Source: Eledone cirrhosa
Taxonomy: Eukaryota
Length of the DNA: 64,000 nucleotides
Assembly (NCBI GenBank): GCA_964016885.1
Contig: OZ024743.1
Span: forward strand, 17,360,001 to 17,424,000
Reading direction: 5' to 3'
The position numbers and the translations under genes are program-made. How positions within the stretch are numbered: position 1 is the first letter of the stretch; the number at the start of each line of letters is the position of its first letter. Below the pieces are notes generated by a model, which saw only the letters and a program-made list of their open reading frames with translations, was not told where the DNA came from and did no database searches. Of this stretch, positions 12,050 through 25,786 are shown one piece after another.

Positions 12050-14150
12050 TAAGGCTAATGTTAGAATTGATGGAGACTATGAAAGAACACACGTTAGATT
12101 GCGAGAAATCACTTTAAAACGTGCTACTCAAATAACATAGATACGTTTACGTACGAACGTTTAAGTAACTCAAACGAATTATCCTAAATTACTTGGTATA
12201 CGAAGCTCAGAAATCAAGAAGGAAGGCGACAGTTTTGGCACCATCACATTTAGAGTAACGGAAGACACAATGATTGTACGAATGTCACTGGGTGCCTATA
12301 TAGGAATTATACACGTGATGTGGGACGATCGAATGTAAAATGCAGGACCAGCCTTTTAAACGGGTTCCGAAAAGAAACAGCACCGATCGTCGCATTTCCT
12401 GGTAGGCAGTGAATAGGAGATGGGGTTTAGTGCACTTTAGGAAAGGCCTGTATCTCGAGGTATAGACGAACTTTCTGAACCCGGATGGTAAGTAGGTGGA
12501 CCTTGAGGTGAGTATACCACTTGCCTGGGGCCTTGTACCAGTTTGCGATGAGCAGATTTATTTAGGCCTCTGGAAGACTTTCTCGGAACACCTCAAACAA
12601 TACTGTTTGTGAGGAACTGGAAAGGCATATTAGACGCAAGCTGGTAGGGCATAGGTGATAGGAGAGGGGCTAGCAAGATGCTCGCGTACCTGGTCAGACA
12701 ATCCAACACTATGAGAGGTAATACCTAGATATCCCAAGTGCACCAGTGTCATCTAAATCGTATATATATAGACATTTCAATTACCTCATCTGAAACGATC
12801 CTGAGTGTTGTTAAAGGACAATATCATCAGTCGAGATTTGGGCTACCCTCGGCTCTTGACGTGGCAAAAATCACCCGGATTGGATGGTCTGCTATATGAG
12901 ATTTACGTAGAAACGTCTCTCTGGTTTTCCGATATTCTCAAAGCGTTCTTCTCTAAATGGAATCAGAACGGAAGTATTACCAGTTCTGTGAGCCTGTGTG
13001 TAGAAAGACTGAAAGACGAGAAAAATGTTTTTTCTCAACACAATTTCTGCCCCATACCTCTGCTACACCTACACACAGAGATGTTTACCTTTTGGCCAAC
13101 GTGTTAAAGAACAATTTGGTACTCGTTGTAGAGGTTTGTGTAGGGGAGGTTCAAACTTTCGCAATCCCGATATTGTCTACACATGACGGCCACCATGCGA
13201 AACATCATAATGATACATTTATTGTTCCTGGCTTCGGCGGGCCTATGATGAATTTAGTTCAATCGAAAGTTTTCTATAGCGTCGACCATCAAAACCTATC
13301 GGCTGTTGACAAGGCACTGGTTTCTGTCTCAGATTCTGATTCTCGAGCCTTTGATGCGTACGCTGGAGCATTTGCAGGCCATCCCACACGAACCTGGACG
13401 TGTATCAGTTTCGCCGGCATATGTGGACGACATCACCGATATGCTGTCGAACACATTGGAAAACGAATAGATCGGCCTCTTTTTGGAGGCATATGAAAGG
13501 TTGACGGGAGCAAAACTGAACCTGAAAATGTTGAGGGGTTTAGAGTTCGGCACATGGAGGGGCAAATCTCTGCCTTTCAATGTGTCAGCGTATGATGAAT
13601 GGGCGGATCAGTACATCTGCTCGGGTTTTTGTTCCTAAAAAAATTCAGTTGAATGAGAATTGTGACAAGGTTTCAAATAGGTTAGTCTTTATCTTCCAGA
13701 TATAGGACGAGAGGAAACTATCTCTGAAATGTTGGATGAGGGGGGTGAACGCGCGTTAATTGTGTCCGTCATCTACTAACGTCTGACCGTCGTGCATCAC
13801 CTCCGTTATCGCTTCACCAAATTGGAACGGCTACTGTTCAACTCTTTGTGGAAGGGAAATGTTTCGTTGGGGAGGCGGTTCATTTGTTGATCAGCACCCT
13901 CTACGTGGAGGGCTGAGCATGCCGTGGCGAAAGAGGCTAAACAATGCGCCGAGGCTGCGGCACCTCTAGATATTCTTTCTTAACGATCAACATGTGTGGT
14001 CGCCGTTTGTGAGACATTCATTTATGCAGCTCGTATCTATGACTGAGTTGAGTCTTGTTCAAAAAGAGACCGATACTGGGTGCCTCGCATCTTGAATGTT
14101 GCCAGGCGTTCATTGCTCTCTACCAGGCACCAATGTGTTCAGTTGAATTT
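12050..14150 (+). pseudogene. Degenerate L1/Tx1-clade LINE ORF2 (RT)
   Basis: KSPGLDGLLYEIY, NFCPIPLL, NLVQSKVFYSVDH (LDQSKAFDRVDH-like), AYVDDIT at ~13418; boundaries approximate. Confidence 0.75.
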
Positions 14151-15233
14151 CCATAGAGTGTTAGACATCAGAAAACATTAACATTACTAATATCCCAAAT
14201 CCGCAACCATCAGTATCACAATACACATTTTTATATTCCACTGCTCCATACAATATTTCAGTCATCAAAAATCCCGCTTTTGATTGCCATGTATATTGTT
14301 TTTTATTCGTTCTTGTTTTCATTAAAGCCCTCAAAGTAACTAATACATAACCGCCATTATTTGTTTATGTTCACATTTAAATATCCAAATTTATGTTTCT
14401 ATTAACAAAACACTGACTGACAGCTTTCATTTTATATTTTTTCTGTCTTTGTTTCTTGTTATTCACATTTGAGTTGAATTCAAACATGTTCATCTTCTGT
14501 TAAATTATTCATATAATCATGTTTATAATATTTCAAGTTTATTTATTTTCTTTCTTGCAAATTCCATTAATGTATTTATTATTTTATGTCTTACGTATAT
14601 ATTCATATTTTATTTTGTTTGTCAGATGTCACTCGTAAATCGATCTTCTGGTTTGTCCATAGTTATTAAAAGAAACAGACAACTTGTATATCATTTTTTG
14701 TCTTACATTTATTTTCATTTCATTCTTACGTTTACAGGAGTCTTATTTATTTTCCATATTGCCTTTTATTCCCAGTTTTCTATCTATTATTTCAATATAG
14801 GTTTTCATTTATTTTTCTTCGTTTACATTCCAATTTTCCTAATCTCAATTTGCGTATAATTCCCTATAACTATTTATAACTTACAAGACTCAAGCTTAAT
14901 CACTCCCGATCTCCCTATCCCGCCCACCGTTTATCTCACTTCAGTATTTTCTTTCGATATTTACTGTCACACCATCATCTGAAAGATACTCTTTGAGGGT
15001 TCTATCAGCACAATTGAGAGACTGGGAGTAAGAAAACCCCAGCTAAATTATAAGAAATACATATGAGCTCATCAAAGTTGAGGATTCACAAAGGAATGGA
15101 ATTGTCTGTGTCACACGGTTGTATATACCCTTAAATCCCTATCACTACCGACAGTTCATTAAACTGATTGATATCAAAACGCGCGTCGCGTGTAAATAAA
15201 CATTTATTGCTACTTCATTCCTTTTCATTATTA

Positions 15234-15420
15234 TTGGATTGGCAGCATCGGACAACACGTTATGTGGCATTGGAGTTTAAATCCCGCCGAGGTTAGGTTT
15301 GCTTTATATCTTTACGGGTCGATAAAATAAAGCACCAGGAATGCACAGTGTTCGATTTAATTGACTTTCCCCTCCACCAAATTGCTGGCCTTGTGCCTAT
15401 ATTTAAAATCATCATTATTA
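15234..15420 (+). mobile_element. SINE copy (diverged)
   Basis: Same core and TTGCTGGCCTTGTGCCTA tail. Confidence 0.75.
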
Positions 15421-16654
15421 TTTGAAGTAGGTCAATACATTTCCTTTAGATATGTGTCCATTTCAGGCCGAGTATCCTCCCGACACTTAGAGAAGAGAAA
15501 CTCACTGCACACGTTAGTAAGCTAAAAAATAATCACAGATTGTTCTCCCCAACAACGTCAATACACTTACAACTATATCATTCGCTTCATAGATATGCAC
15601 AGCAAATGTTAAAAATCAAATTTACAACAGAAGGATATACAGATATATCAGAGGAATCGATCATTTACAACTTACATAATTATGGAATGTAATGTAAAAC
15701 ATGTTCAAACAATTACATAGATTGATATCATTCTCACTGCAATAGTAACCTTTCAATACATGTGACGCAACATTTAAAAGAATGTTTTGCAAGTCTTGGA
15801 GTGATGGTAAGCCAGAGACGATTCTAAAATTATTTACTGTTTCTTTTTTATCATTAATCATGATCCTAAAATCATTGTTGTTGTGCCACCTTGATATGTC
15901 CTATTTTACCAATTTCCATCTGCAATTATTTGTGTTTTCTGAGCTCGTCATATTCTTTTGCGAAACATTGTTATCCCATGGAATGTTAATATTAATTAAT
16001 CAATATACTTTATTATTTTCATATTTTAAAATTGTTATTATTAGCATATTTTCTTTTGATGTTCAATGGCTACAGAGTACCACCCAGATAATTAGGACAG
16101 TTGTTCCCTCCTCACAACCCCGTAATGTATCACATCATATTTAAAACGAAGAAAGAGAAAATATAAAAATGTAGAAGTTGAATAATAACAAAAGATGTAT
16201 TAAGGGGTATAGAAGATATGTATTAATTTTGTATTTAGGATATTTGAATGGTTTTAAACATATATTAAGTTTGCTCTAAAAGTAAACAGAAAATAAAAAT
16301 TAACGTATTATGTGGGGTGTAATTTTAGAAATATCTGTTGAATATCAGAGTTGCTAGGTTTACAAGTCATGAATTATAGAAACATTTCTACACATGTTTG
16401 AGTATATAGACACAAACACACACACATACACACACACGCACACCCATACACACACACACACACAACACACACACACACGCACACACACACACACCCACAT
16501 ACACACACACACACACACATATTTATATGTATATATATATTTAATGTACAGAGCAAAATAGAGAGGTTTGCAAATATGTCTACATGATGAGAATGTGTGC
16601 ATGTCTGACACTGTTTATATTTGTAAATGTCTAATATGAATCAGGGTAGGGTCT

Positions 16655-17490
16655 AAGGTGGTAGAAAAGCCAGGAACCACCATGAAATCCCTGATCAGCA
16701 AAACCTACCCTTTTTAGAAAACCCACTGTACCAATAGGAAGTGTATCATATGTAAGGTAAACCCGCAGATAAACTGTAAAACTAGAAACGTAGTCTATAG
16801 CATAAGATGTACAGAGGGTACTTGCAGAAAAATGACAACAACATACATAGGTGAGACAGCTCGTAGCATAGGTGAAAGGATAGACAAACACTGGGGGGAA
16901 CTAGAAGGACGAAACAACGGGACAGAACTATATGAACATGCTAGACAACAACATGACGGTAACATAGACAACATAGAAATTAGAATAATATATCTAAACA
17001 TAGAAATGAAGCAGCAGAGAGGCCAGTGAAATAAAAATTAGAAGACCAAGACTAAACAGAAAGAATGAATGGAATAACAACAACACCCAAACAAACAACA
17101 CTGACCTAAGAGAAGTATAAATAAGTAAATAAAATAAAATAAATAAATAAATAATTAAATAAATACATAGACAAACACAATAACAACAAGCACATAAACA
17201 CACACTAGTCACCCATCACACAGCAAACAAAACACTACATACACGCAAACGCATGCGCAAAGAAGACAAAATAAAATAAACAAACAACCAAATAAATAAA
17301 TAAATATATAGACAGACTGAATAAAAATGGCGTAGACATATAATACAACAGGAGGAAACGATAACACCACTGACGATGTTGCAGATGTGCAACGAAAGAT
17401 TTATGATAAACTATATATATGTTTGTGTCTATATTGTATCTGCATCATTTTTGACCGTCGGTCAGCCATAAGAACAATGAGAAAGTGTTC
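16655..17490 (+). mobile_element. 3' fragment of PLE family H (GIY-YIG end plus 3' UTR)
   Basis: High identity to 40795-41660; NVVYSIRC..TYIGETARS. Confidence 0.88.
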
Positions 17491-18599
17491 AATAGTTTAT
17501 TAGATTAATGTGTCTTTCGACCTCAGTTATAGGAGACAGTAAATTTACTTGGGAAACTAATGATGGTATTGAGTAGTTATTCCAATTAGATGATAATGAA
17601 TTGTTCACGCTGATGGTTACTAGGCATCGATTTCTCCTATTTTCCTCTTCAATGCCTATCAATGTGTTAGACCTCCCTAATATTACTGGACATGAATGCA
17701 TTTTAATTAATCGATTAAAGCCATATATAAATATTAAACAAGAAAAGTAGGAGACGCTCTTGTTATTTCAGCTTGCACGTATATATTGCAACAGATACGA
17801 CCACTTACAGCAGAACGATCAAATGGTTCATTTTGTTTATCTCGGAATGGTTCAGTTACGCAAATAGAAATAACAATATCACGATAGAATACACAGGAAG
17901 AAACAATAATTTACTTTGGTTTGTTTTTTATCCATTTACCATCATTTGCCCTCCGTATTTTCTACCGCATGGTATTGGCTTTAAAAAAATAAGCATAAAA
18001 AAGCAAAGCTTTAAATACACAGCTCACTCTCTCACTACACTACAATCTGTGCAGTAAATGAGTGACACCTATTTCTGTTAGTCGAATACAATGCGGTCGA
18101 ACATACGAATGGTAAATGATGGTAAATGAACAAAAGCGAAAGAAAGTAAATTATTGTTTTACCTTGTATACTCTATCGTGATAGATCTCAAGCTCTCTCT
18201 ATCTGACTCATTCTCTCTCTCTGTCTCTTTCTCTCTCTATCTCTCTCTCCCTCCGTCTCTTTATATATATATATAAATATATATATATATATGTATAGAG
18301 AGGGATGGGGGGGGGGGCAGGAAACAGCATGATGTATGGGTAGGGGTAGAAGATGGGATGGAGCAGAGGTTAAGAGTTTAAATAGGTACTAGAAGTTTTG
18401 CGTAGAACTTAGCAAGTTTAACAAAATATATTTAAAGGAATATATAATAGTGATTTGTTTTTGTTATGAAAATACGACAGAATATGAAAATATGACAGAA
18501 TTAAGCGAGAATGTAAGGTTTAAGATAAGATCGCCGTATTTTGGGCATAATTTAACATAATGTACAGTTATGTTGGTCCCACAACATCCAGGCCGAAAC

Positions 18600-18866
18600 A
18601 AATGAGATCGTGTAGGTGTCACGACAAAAAACACACAGTCCACGCTGTAAATGTGGCCGTGTAGGCAACACGGTAAAAACCTCCCAGCCCCACACTGTAA
18701 ATGTGGTTGGTGTTAGGAAGGGCATCCAACTGTAGAAAACCCGCCAGACAGTCCTATGCGAGCAAGACAACCACTCTTGCCTCAAGTGGGAAAACCCCCG
18801 TCCAAACCCATGCAAGCGTGGAACACGGACGCTAAACCTGATGATGATGATGATGATGATGATGAT
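18600..18866 (+). mobile_element. RTE-tailed SINE/LINE 3' end with (TGA)n tail
   Basis: GGTGTTAGGAAGGGCATCCAACTGTAGAAAAC..CCCATGCAAGCGTGGAACACGGACGCTAAA then (TGA)n. Confidence 0.6.
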
Positions 18867-18902
18867 ATATGTATGTATGTATGTATATATATATATATAT
18901 TA

Positions 18903-19439
18903 GAGTTTTCCTTCTCCTAGAATTCTGCCTTGACAAAGGCTAAGAGGTCATCACTCCCGGTGATTTTGGATGGCCACTGACTCTTAAGAGCTCCTTTGCC
19001 CTTTGACAGGTTTTGTTTTAGTGCTGCAGGATGTCCAAAGTCACCCTTCTCCCCAAGAGACCTTGGTGGGGCTGCCAGTTTAGTCGCCAACGACCCAACC
19101 ATGGACAGCTTGTACTGTTATCCAATGATGTTGACTTGTTCTTTTTGGTAAATATCATCTTGGTTAAGAGAGTGTGACTGGCTTTGTGCAGTGCCTTTGC
19201 TCACTATAAAAGCTTAACGGCACAGGCATTGCTTTATATCTGGAGATCTCTCTGCACTTGTCGTCACATGGAACCATGGGCCCAGCACTATGTGTCAATA
19301 ATTGTCACAAGTGTAGTGTTTGTACCAGAGTTTTCAAGTCGCTGACTGGACTAAAAAGTCACACTCGTTCAGCGCATCGGTAGGGATTCTCCTACATGGA
19401 TATAAAGTAGGGGCCGTACTCGAAAACGAGTTGGCAGCC

Positions 19440-19442
<3 letters not shown>
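18903..19442 (-). mobile_element. Probable RTE-type LINE 5' UTR fragment between (TA)n tracts
   Basis: GC-richer island ending in AAGGCAGAATTCTAGGAGAAGGAAAACTC, a motif I recognise from RTE 5' regions. Confidence 0.45.
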
Positions 19443-19532
<90 letters not shown>

Positions 19533-19661
19533 AGGATAAATATTGATGCAATTCAATTCAAGCACTCAACGTACTTTTTCCACATAGAAGTGACGGAGTA
19601 AATATCGAATAAGGAAAAGCGAAGTAGTTTCAGATGTTCAAGTCAGTCCTTTAATAATAAT

Positions 19662-19735
19662 GCTGTGATATATATTTTAATGACGACACTGGCAACACTG
19701 TTCTGTGTGCGAGTGTCGTGTCATCATCAGACAGC
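19662..19735 (-). ncRNA. Hammerhead family E (G12A-damaged copy)
   Basis: gctgt-CTGATGA-..acgacact/agtgtcgt..-AAAA-tatata-TC-acagc. Confidence 0.6.
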
Positions 19736-20409
19736 TTGTTACATAATAAGGTTGTTTCCGAGGCAATCCAAATTGAATCGACATGGAACGGATGAAGTTC
19801 GTGCTTTTGGCTGTTCATCCATTCCCTTGTGAGTACCAATTCACCCCCACTGGTCTGCGCAAGCGCATGTCCGAAGGAAGTTGACCATTAGCCACCGCAG
19901 ATTACAACTAAATTCGCTGTCAGTTCACCCTCTCAGCCAAAACAATGGCCCGCCTACGCCCTACCAAAGTTTACTGCTATCCATCACTACTATGGCAGTC
20001 AGCCGAAAACCAGAGGGGATGGGAGAGTGTTAGTTTTTATATTACCTTTCACTAAGCGTTGACAGTAAGACTTACCATCAACTCATAAGGGAAAATAAAC
20101 ATAAATCTAGGTACTATGGTTTTACATTGTAAATTAAGAGTGAGAGCTGGAAATAAAAATTAAGAATTAAAATCCTAAATCAAATATCAGAAATTATAAA
20201 TTAAAGAATTAAAAATTCTGAGACGCGCTAATGAAACAATTAAAAATTCTGAGACGCGCTAATTCACCCCCACCGGTCTGCGCAGGCAGACCGTTGGGGT
20301 GAATTGGTACTCACAAGGGAACGGATGAAAAACCCAAAAGCACGAACTTCATCCGTTCCCATGTAGATTCAATTTGGATTGCCTCGGAAACAACCTTATT
20401 ATGTAACAA

Positions 20410-20483
20410 GCTGTCTGATGATGACACGACACTCGCACACAGAACAGTGTGGCCAGTGTCGTCATTGAAATATATATGACAGC
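20410..20483 (+). ncRNA. Hammerhead family E (C17G-damaged copy)
   Basis: gctgt-CTGATGA-..-GAAA-tatata-TG-acagc. Confidence 0.6.
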
Positions 20484-20551
20484 ATTATTATTAAAGGACT
20501 TGAACTTCTGAAACTACTTCGCTTTTCCTAATTCTATATATATATATATAT

Positions 20552-21480
20552 AATAATTGAATATAAAAGAGAAACGAACACAGATATATACATATATGTG
20601 TTCAAATCGTAAGGGTACAGATTCGCTAAGGTGAAAAGTATGCTAATTATAGACAATAGGGTTTGCCTGACTCAATTTATGAATAAACCAAGAAAATAAA
20701 TACAAACCAGAATTGTGCTAACTACCAATCACCTCGACAGCTTTTGGTAATGTTGTTTCGCAATATTAATCGTCAATAGGTATGACAATTCATGCTTATC
20801 AGTGGGTGAAGGATTAGTATCCTAGATATTTCTAAGTATATTAAAAAACTGAATAATGTGCTATTTTATATTCAATTATAACATACGGCTCGGAAAAATC
20901 ACTTTCCTAAAGCTATTTTATTGTAAGAGACTATTTTGAGTCTCTAATTCAATATAGACCTTTGATATATTCGGCTCCATTAATTTGTTGAGCTAATTCA
21001 AATGTCGAATAAACCTGGCTGCTATTCTTAGTGGTGTAAGTTTCTGAGATGCGCTAAGTTCATATACCATGTGCGTTATTTATATAAGCAGGTTATTCAG
21101 TTTTTTAATATACTTAGAAGTCTCTAGGATACTAATTATTCACCCACTGATGAGCATGAATGTGTATTCCCATTCACAATTAATATTGCGAAACAGCATT
21201 ACCAAAAGCCGTCTGGGTGATTGGTAGTTACCACCATTCCGGTTTGTAATTATTTTCTAATTTTATTCTTAAATTGCGTCAGGCAAACCCTATTGTCTAT
21301 AGATAGTATTCTTTTCAACTTAGCAAATCTGGTCGCTTACGATTTGAACACATATATGTATATATCTGTGTTCGTTTTCTTTTATATTCAATTATAATAT
21401 ACGGCTCGGAAAAATCTCTTTCCTAGAGCTATTTTATTGTAAGAGACTATATTGAGTTTCTAACCCAATATATATGTTTG
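20552..21480 (+). mobile_element. Family F: ~515-nt HHR unit with ~100-nt terminal direct repeat plus inverted segment 20552-20860
   Basis: 20865-20970 repeats at 21380-21480; left part is a diverged reverse complement of ~21090-21396. Confidence 0.78.
21140..21220 (+). ncRNA. Type I hammerhead, family F
   Basis: tcaccca-CTGATGA-gca..tgc-GAAA-cagc..gcc-GTC-tgggtga; 7-bp stem I; inverted copy 20729-20809 has CTGATAA. Confidence 0.85.
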
Positions 21481-21497
21481 ATATATATATATATATT

Positions 21498-21709
21498 AGA
21501 AAGTGAGGGTTTTTTTACAAAATGAAAAATAACCGAGGTGTCCTACACGAGTGAAAGTATAAAGAGAAAAAAATGAAATCGAAAATGCAACTGGAGTCTT
21601 ATTTAAAAAAAATATATATATATTTATTTGTTTCCTTTACCGTATTCGCACTTCTTCCGCTTTTCAAAAATAGAGTTGAGATGGAGGGACTGTGGTTTTT
21701 CTCACATCA

Positions 21710-21710
<1 letters not shown>
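21498..21710 (-). repeat. Family K repeat (degenerate HHR 21632-21675)
   Basis: Reverse-complement homolog of 43771-43892. Confidence 0.7.
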
Positions 21711-21744
<34 letters not shown>

Positions 21745-21754
21745 TATATATATA

Positions 21755-21960
21755 GGAATGAGTAGGACCCCGACGGCTGAGCTCAAGCCGTTTCGACGGC
21801 TAATTCTGGACTGAATTAGCCATCCAGAATTAGCCGTCGAAACGGCTTGAGCTCAGCCGTCGGGGTCCTATTCGTTCCTATTACCCACTCTACTACCCTA
21901 AGTATTGAGTACTTTTTTGCGTTATGGTCCACCTGGTTCCTTACCAATTTTCCTTCGTTA
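21755..21960. mobile_element. Short inverted fragment of PLE-2-family 3' terminus
   Basis: 21755-21810 inverted against 21823-21880; matches 53207-53345. Confidence 0.85.
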
Positions 21961-22279
21961 TATATATATATATATACAGTTCAAGAGTAACCATTCTTAA
22001 AGAGAGAGATGGAGATAGGAGAAGAGATAGGAGAGGTGAGATTGATGAGGTTGTTAGAATCCAAAGCGTAAAGGCATGTGCTCAATGTGCAATATGCAGT
22101 AGAAAGGAGCTAGGTGGCTGGGTTCATGCAAAAGTTAGGCGCGCAGAGATGGAAATATTCATTAGTTAAGCAAAACAAGACCACAAATTTCACAAGGAAG
22201 ACATTATTAAAAGATTGTCAACCTATTTTAGTTTGATGTAAGGAATGTAAAGAATAGTAATAATAATATTAATAATAAT

Positions 22280-22470
22280 AATTGTTTCTCTGTTAGGCAC
22301 AAGGCCAGCAATTACCCAGTGTATTACTGGTACTTTATTTTATCGACCCTGTAAGGATGAAAGGCAAAGTTAACCTCGGCGGGATTTGAACTCAGAATGG
22401 CAAGAGCCGTAACCCTATGCGTCAAAGCATGGCATCCGACCCTCTACCAATACTGCCAATCCACTGCCCT
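22280..22470 (-). mobile_element. SINE inserted in PLE-3 3' pLTR
   Basis: Absent from the other pLTR copy (25770-25782); AATAATAAT duplicated. Confidence 0.88.
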
Positions 22471-22488
22471 TTAAAAATAATAATGTCC

Positions 22489-22607
22489 GTTTACAATTGT
22501 TTCGCTACTCCATATAATATTTCTGGATCAAATGACTATATATCATTATTGATCTGGTTCTGTTGAAAATAATTAACATATTTAAAACCAGAGCGGCTCA
22601 TCGGAAC
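22489..22607 (-). ncRNA. PLE-3 pLTR hammerhead, U4C core (CCGATGA)
   Basis: gtt-CCGATGA-gccgctc..gagtagc-GAAA-caatt-GTA-aac; palindromic ACAATTGT. Confidence 0.65.
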
Positions 22608-22949
22608 TTCAAAGGAATATAAATTAAGATAAGGAGAGAATGTTTCATAATGTAATGATCCATATATTGGTATTTCACTATGATGTCCTGGGTGTATCAA
22701 TTGTCAGCCATGATCAAGCAGTATTCATCTGTCGAGGCTGCATTGTGTGAGATCTGCCTATTGGTAACAGGATGGCCGCCAATGGACATATTTATCTTAC
22801 TAAGTAGAGGGTGGTTTCAGGGGAAGTAACTACTCGAGAGTTTAGAAATTGTGGGTAGTTTATAGTTAAGTGCTAATGTTTTAATTTTTTAATTGAGAGA
22901 CAATGTAGGTGAGATAACTTATAATTATCTAAGTTAGTTATAGCTATAC

Positions 22950-25455
22950 AACTTATTAGCTACAAGTAAAAATGGGGCTAGATGACTATGTTTGGTCAAA
23001 TATTCTGTTGGCGAAGGAATTAGCCCTTAGATGTTGACAGCTAATAGTTACCTCCGTTCTAAATTTAATCGGTAGATGTCATGATAGAATTATGTAATAT
23101 GCTTCGGTAATACAGAGATCACAAGATTTTCCTCGTCCATTGAACGGTTGGGCCCTAGCAAAATTATCCCATTTTAATTAGTGTTCAATGTTGGTTAATT
23201 TAAGGTTTTTAATGAGCCTACCTAGAGATGTGGAGCATCAGTTGTTAGGGTCTCGGATGGAAAAGAATGCGCGTTATAGCGTACCTTAAAAAGGGTTAGA
23301 GGAGCTGGTATTCGAAGCAGTTTTAACCGTACACCTATAGACTATGTTGGGTGTCAGGCAGTGTCCATTAGGGTAACGGCAGTTGCAGTTGCTTCTGCGG
23401 TTAGTGAGAGTAGGGTAGTTTAACCTAAGCGGTTGGTCAGTGTTAGAAGGATTAGATTGGGAAGGTATACTACTGGAGTAAGTATTGGTGTAGTGGCGTG
23501 GTGTATTTGGTAGGGGTGGTGGTACCGCGGTGTGGGAGTTATACTGTCTTAGTTTATGATGTTTACTGAAAGCGATGTGGCTAGCTAGGTTAGGTGTTGT
23601 GGAGAATGGGATTTTAATGTTATTTTTATTAAAGAGTTTGTAATATCTATGGTTGGGGGGGGGGGTAGATAGGATAGGGAAGAAGCGTTTAGGGTTATTA
23701 GTGGCTAGATTAGATGATATGGGGTTTAAGCCAGGTGATATTTCTAGGTTTATTCCTTTTAGGGGGTACTAGTGGAGTTGGTAGGGGCCCTCCTAGGGTT
23801 ATTATTACCTGTGGATTTGTTATTTGTCATTCCATTTCTCATTCCTATTCTAGGGTTGATTTTTAGTTTGCTACTTGGAGTGGGGAGCAGGCCGCTGCCA
23901 CCATTAAAGGTCCCTGTATAGCTGCTGTAACAGTTAAAATTCCCGCGAATCTGGCTATATGCTAAAGTATTTCTAGTTCTAGTTTTAAGTTTATTATGGT
24001 GAATTGCTGTGTTATGGCATTTAGGTATGTAGTAAATGGATTGTAAAAACCAGATTCAGAAAGAGCCTTATTATAATATTGTGCATGGTTTATAAATATC
24101 TCATTTGCTGATAGCATGGAGATCCTATACGAGATATATTTGATTACTGCTCTGATGACTGCCGGTGGGTGGTTAGAGTATGGGCTAATATATGTGAGTA
24201 TTTCACCTGGTTTATGGTAAGGGTAATATAAGTTATTGTTGAGATCCAGGGTGACCTAAGGAAGTTTACTACTTTATGGTTCGGCTCGATGGTTATAGAG
24301 AGACCGTTATTTTTATAGAATCTATGTAATTGTTTTATTAGCAAATCAAAGCCCCGATTAGTGCAATTGTGGACTGCAGATAGGGCGTCGTCCCTGTATA
24401 TTACGCCTTGCAAGGGTTGGATTTCAGCTCTGATGTTATGTAATAGGTAAATTCCTACCAAATCGGTGATTTGTGCAGTCACTTGAGCCCATCGTGATGT
24501 TAAAGTTGTCTGTTCTGTCTTTTCTAGTCCAGAGTGCTCCGTTGAATTCAATCATGGTCTGCCTAGCCATAAGTATGATGTCAATCTCATTATTGGTTAT
24601 GTCCGAGTTGGAGCTGGCTAGGGTTAATGCTTTGTTTAGCAGTTCCGAGTTTATTGAAGCGTAATAGCTGTCGATGTTAACTTGAATGAACCTCATAGAT
24701 TGCTTGGACCTTAGATTGTACAACCATATAATGACTTGGCCGGTATTGGACTACAACTTGTAGGTAATATCATCCCGTAGCCCAGGGATGATCCGATCAA
24801 GGATGTTCTTACTTATACGACCCAGGTCGGATGTGGTTGGGCTTATAAGTGTAATAGATAGGTTCTCTATAAAGTTTGGCTTATGATCCTTGAGAGAGAA
24901 CCTTGGGGTTGCTGGTACATAAGGATGGGTAAATCTATCCAGATGCAAGTCCTTAACCAAAGCCTGGGCTTTTCGGTTAAGTACGTTTTTTATAGTTTTT
25001 ATTAAGTTCCTTAAGTAGGAAAGAGTTGTAAGTTTCAGGAGTCATGGTGTATAGATTTTTAGTTTTGTCAGACATAACATGTAAGAGGTGGCTATATTTA
25101 AATTGTTTTATATTTGTTGCTAATTTAGTGAGGAAATTATTGTTGTGTCTATAATGCTTTTTGAATTTAATGCTCCTGACGAAGTTGAATAGACCTTCTA
25201 AAAAGGGTCCAACAGTATGTTGTGTGGGGGGTTCTTGCAGGTGGTAAATCCATATCTGTTTGTTGTACTTCCGGCGTCAGCAGCACCCGCACGGTCGAAG
25301 TGGAAGGCTTTCCATCTTATTCTTCGGATGAAAGAGTTGACATTCTTTATTAGGAGTTTGAAGTATGTCTTCCTGTTTGGGATAGGTATGGACTTAAGAG
25401 AGATCCTGAGTTCCTGCTTGCTCAAGATTGTGACATCTAACAGTAAATAGCTCAA
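22950..25455 (-). pseudogene. PLE-3 RT-GIY-YIG ORF, fragmented
   Basis: ORF pieces 25198-25455, 24751-24960, 24436-24723, 24144-24551 colinear with PLE-2 protein; 3' end approximate. Confidence 0.85.
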
Positions 25456-25786
25456 CTACGGGAGCTCAAGTATACGCAGTTCAAGAGTAACCAATCTTAA
25501 AGAGAGAGATGGAGATAGGAGATGAGGTAGGAGAGGAGAGATTGGTGAATTAGTTAGAAGCCAAAGCGTAAAAGCATGTGCTCAATGTGCGATATGCAGT
25601 AGAAACCAGCTAGGGAGCGGGGTTCATGCAGAAGTTAGGCGCGCAGAGCTGGAAATATTCATTAGTTAAGAAAAACAAGACCACAAATATGACAAGGAAG
25701 ACATTATTAAAAGATTGTCAACATATTTTACTTTGATGTACGGAATGTAGAGAATAATAATAAAAATATTAATAATAATAATGTCC

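Larger units (their letters stand above)
19600..20535. mobile_element. Family E: non-coding element with ~260-nt inverted arms each carrying an HHR
   Basis: 19606-19864 is the reverse complement of ~20280-20535; strong hairpin GGGAACGGATGAA..TTCATCCGTTCCC. Confidence 0.75.

Noticed and set aside
15140-15195. AAAACGCGCGTC HHR-like relic (also 52545-52592)
   Set aside because: Core too decayed to support
20317-20360. ATGAA-containing hairpin as SECIS
   Set aside because: Fully Watson-Crick paired, no GA quartet, no associated ORF
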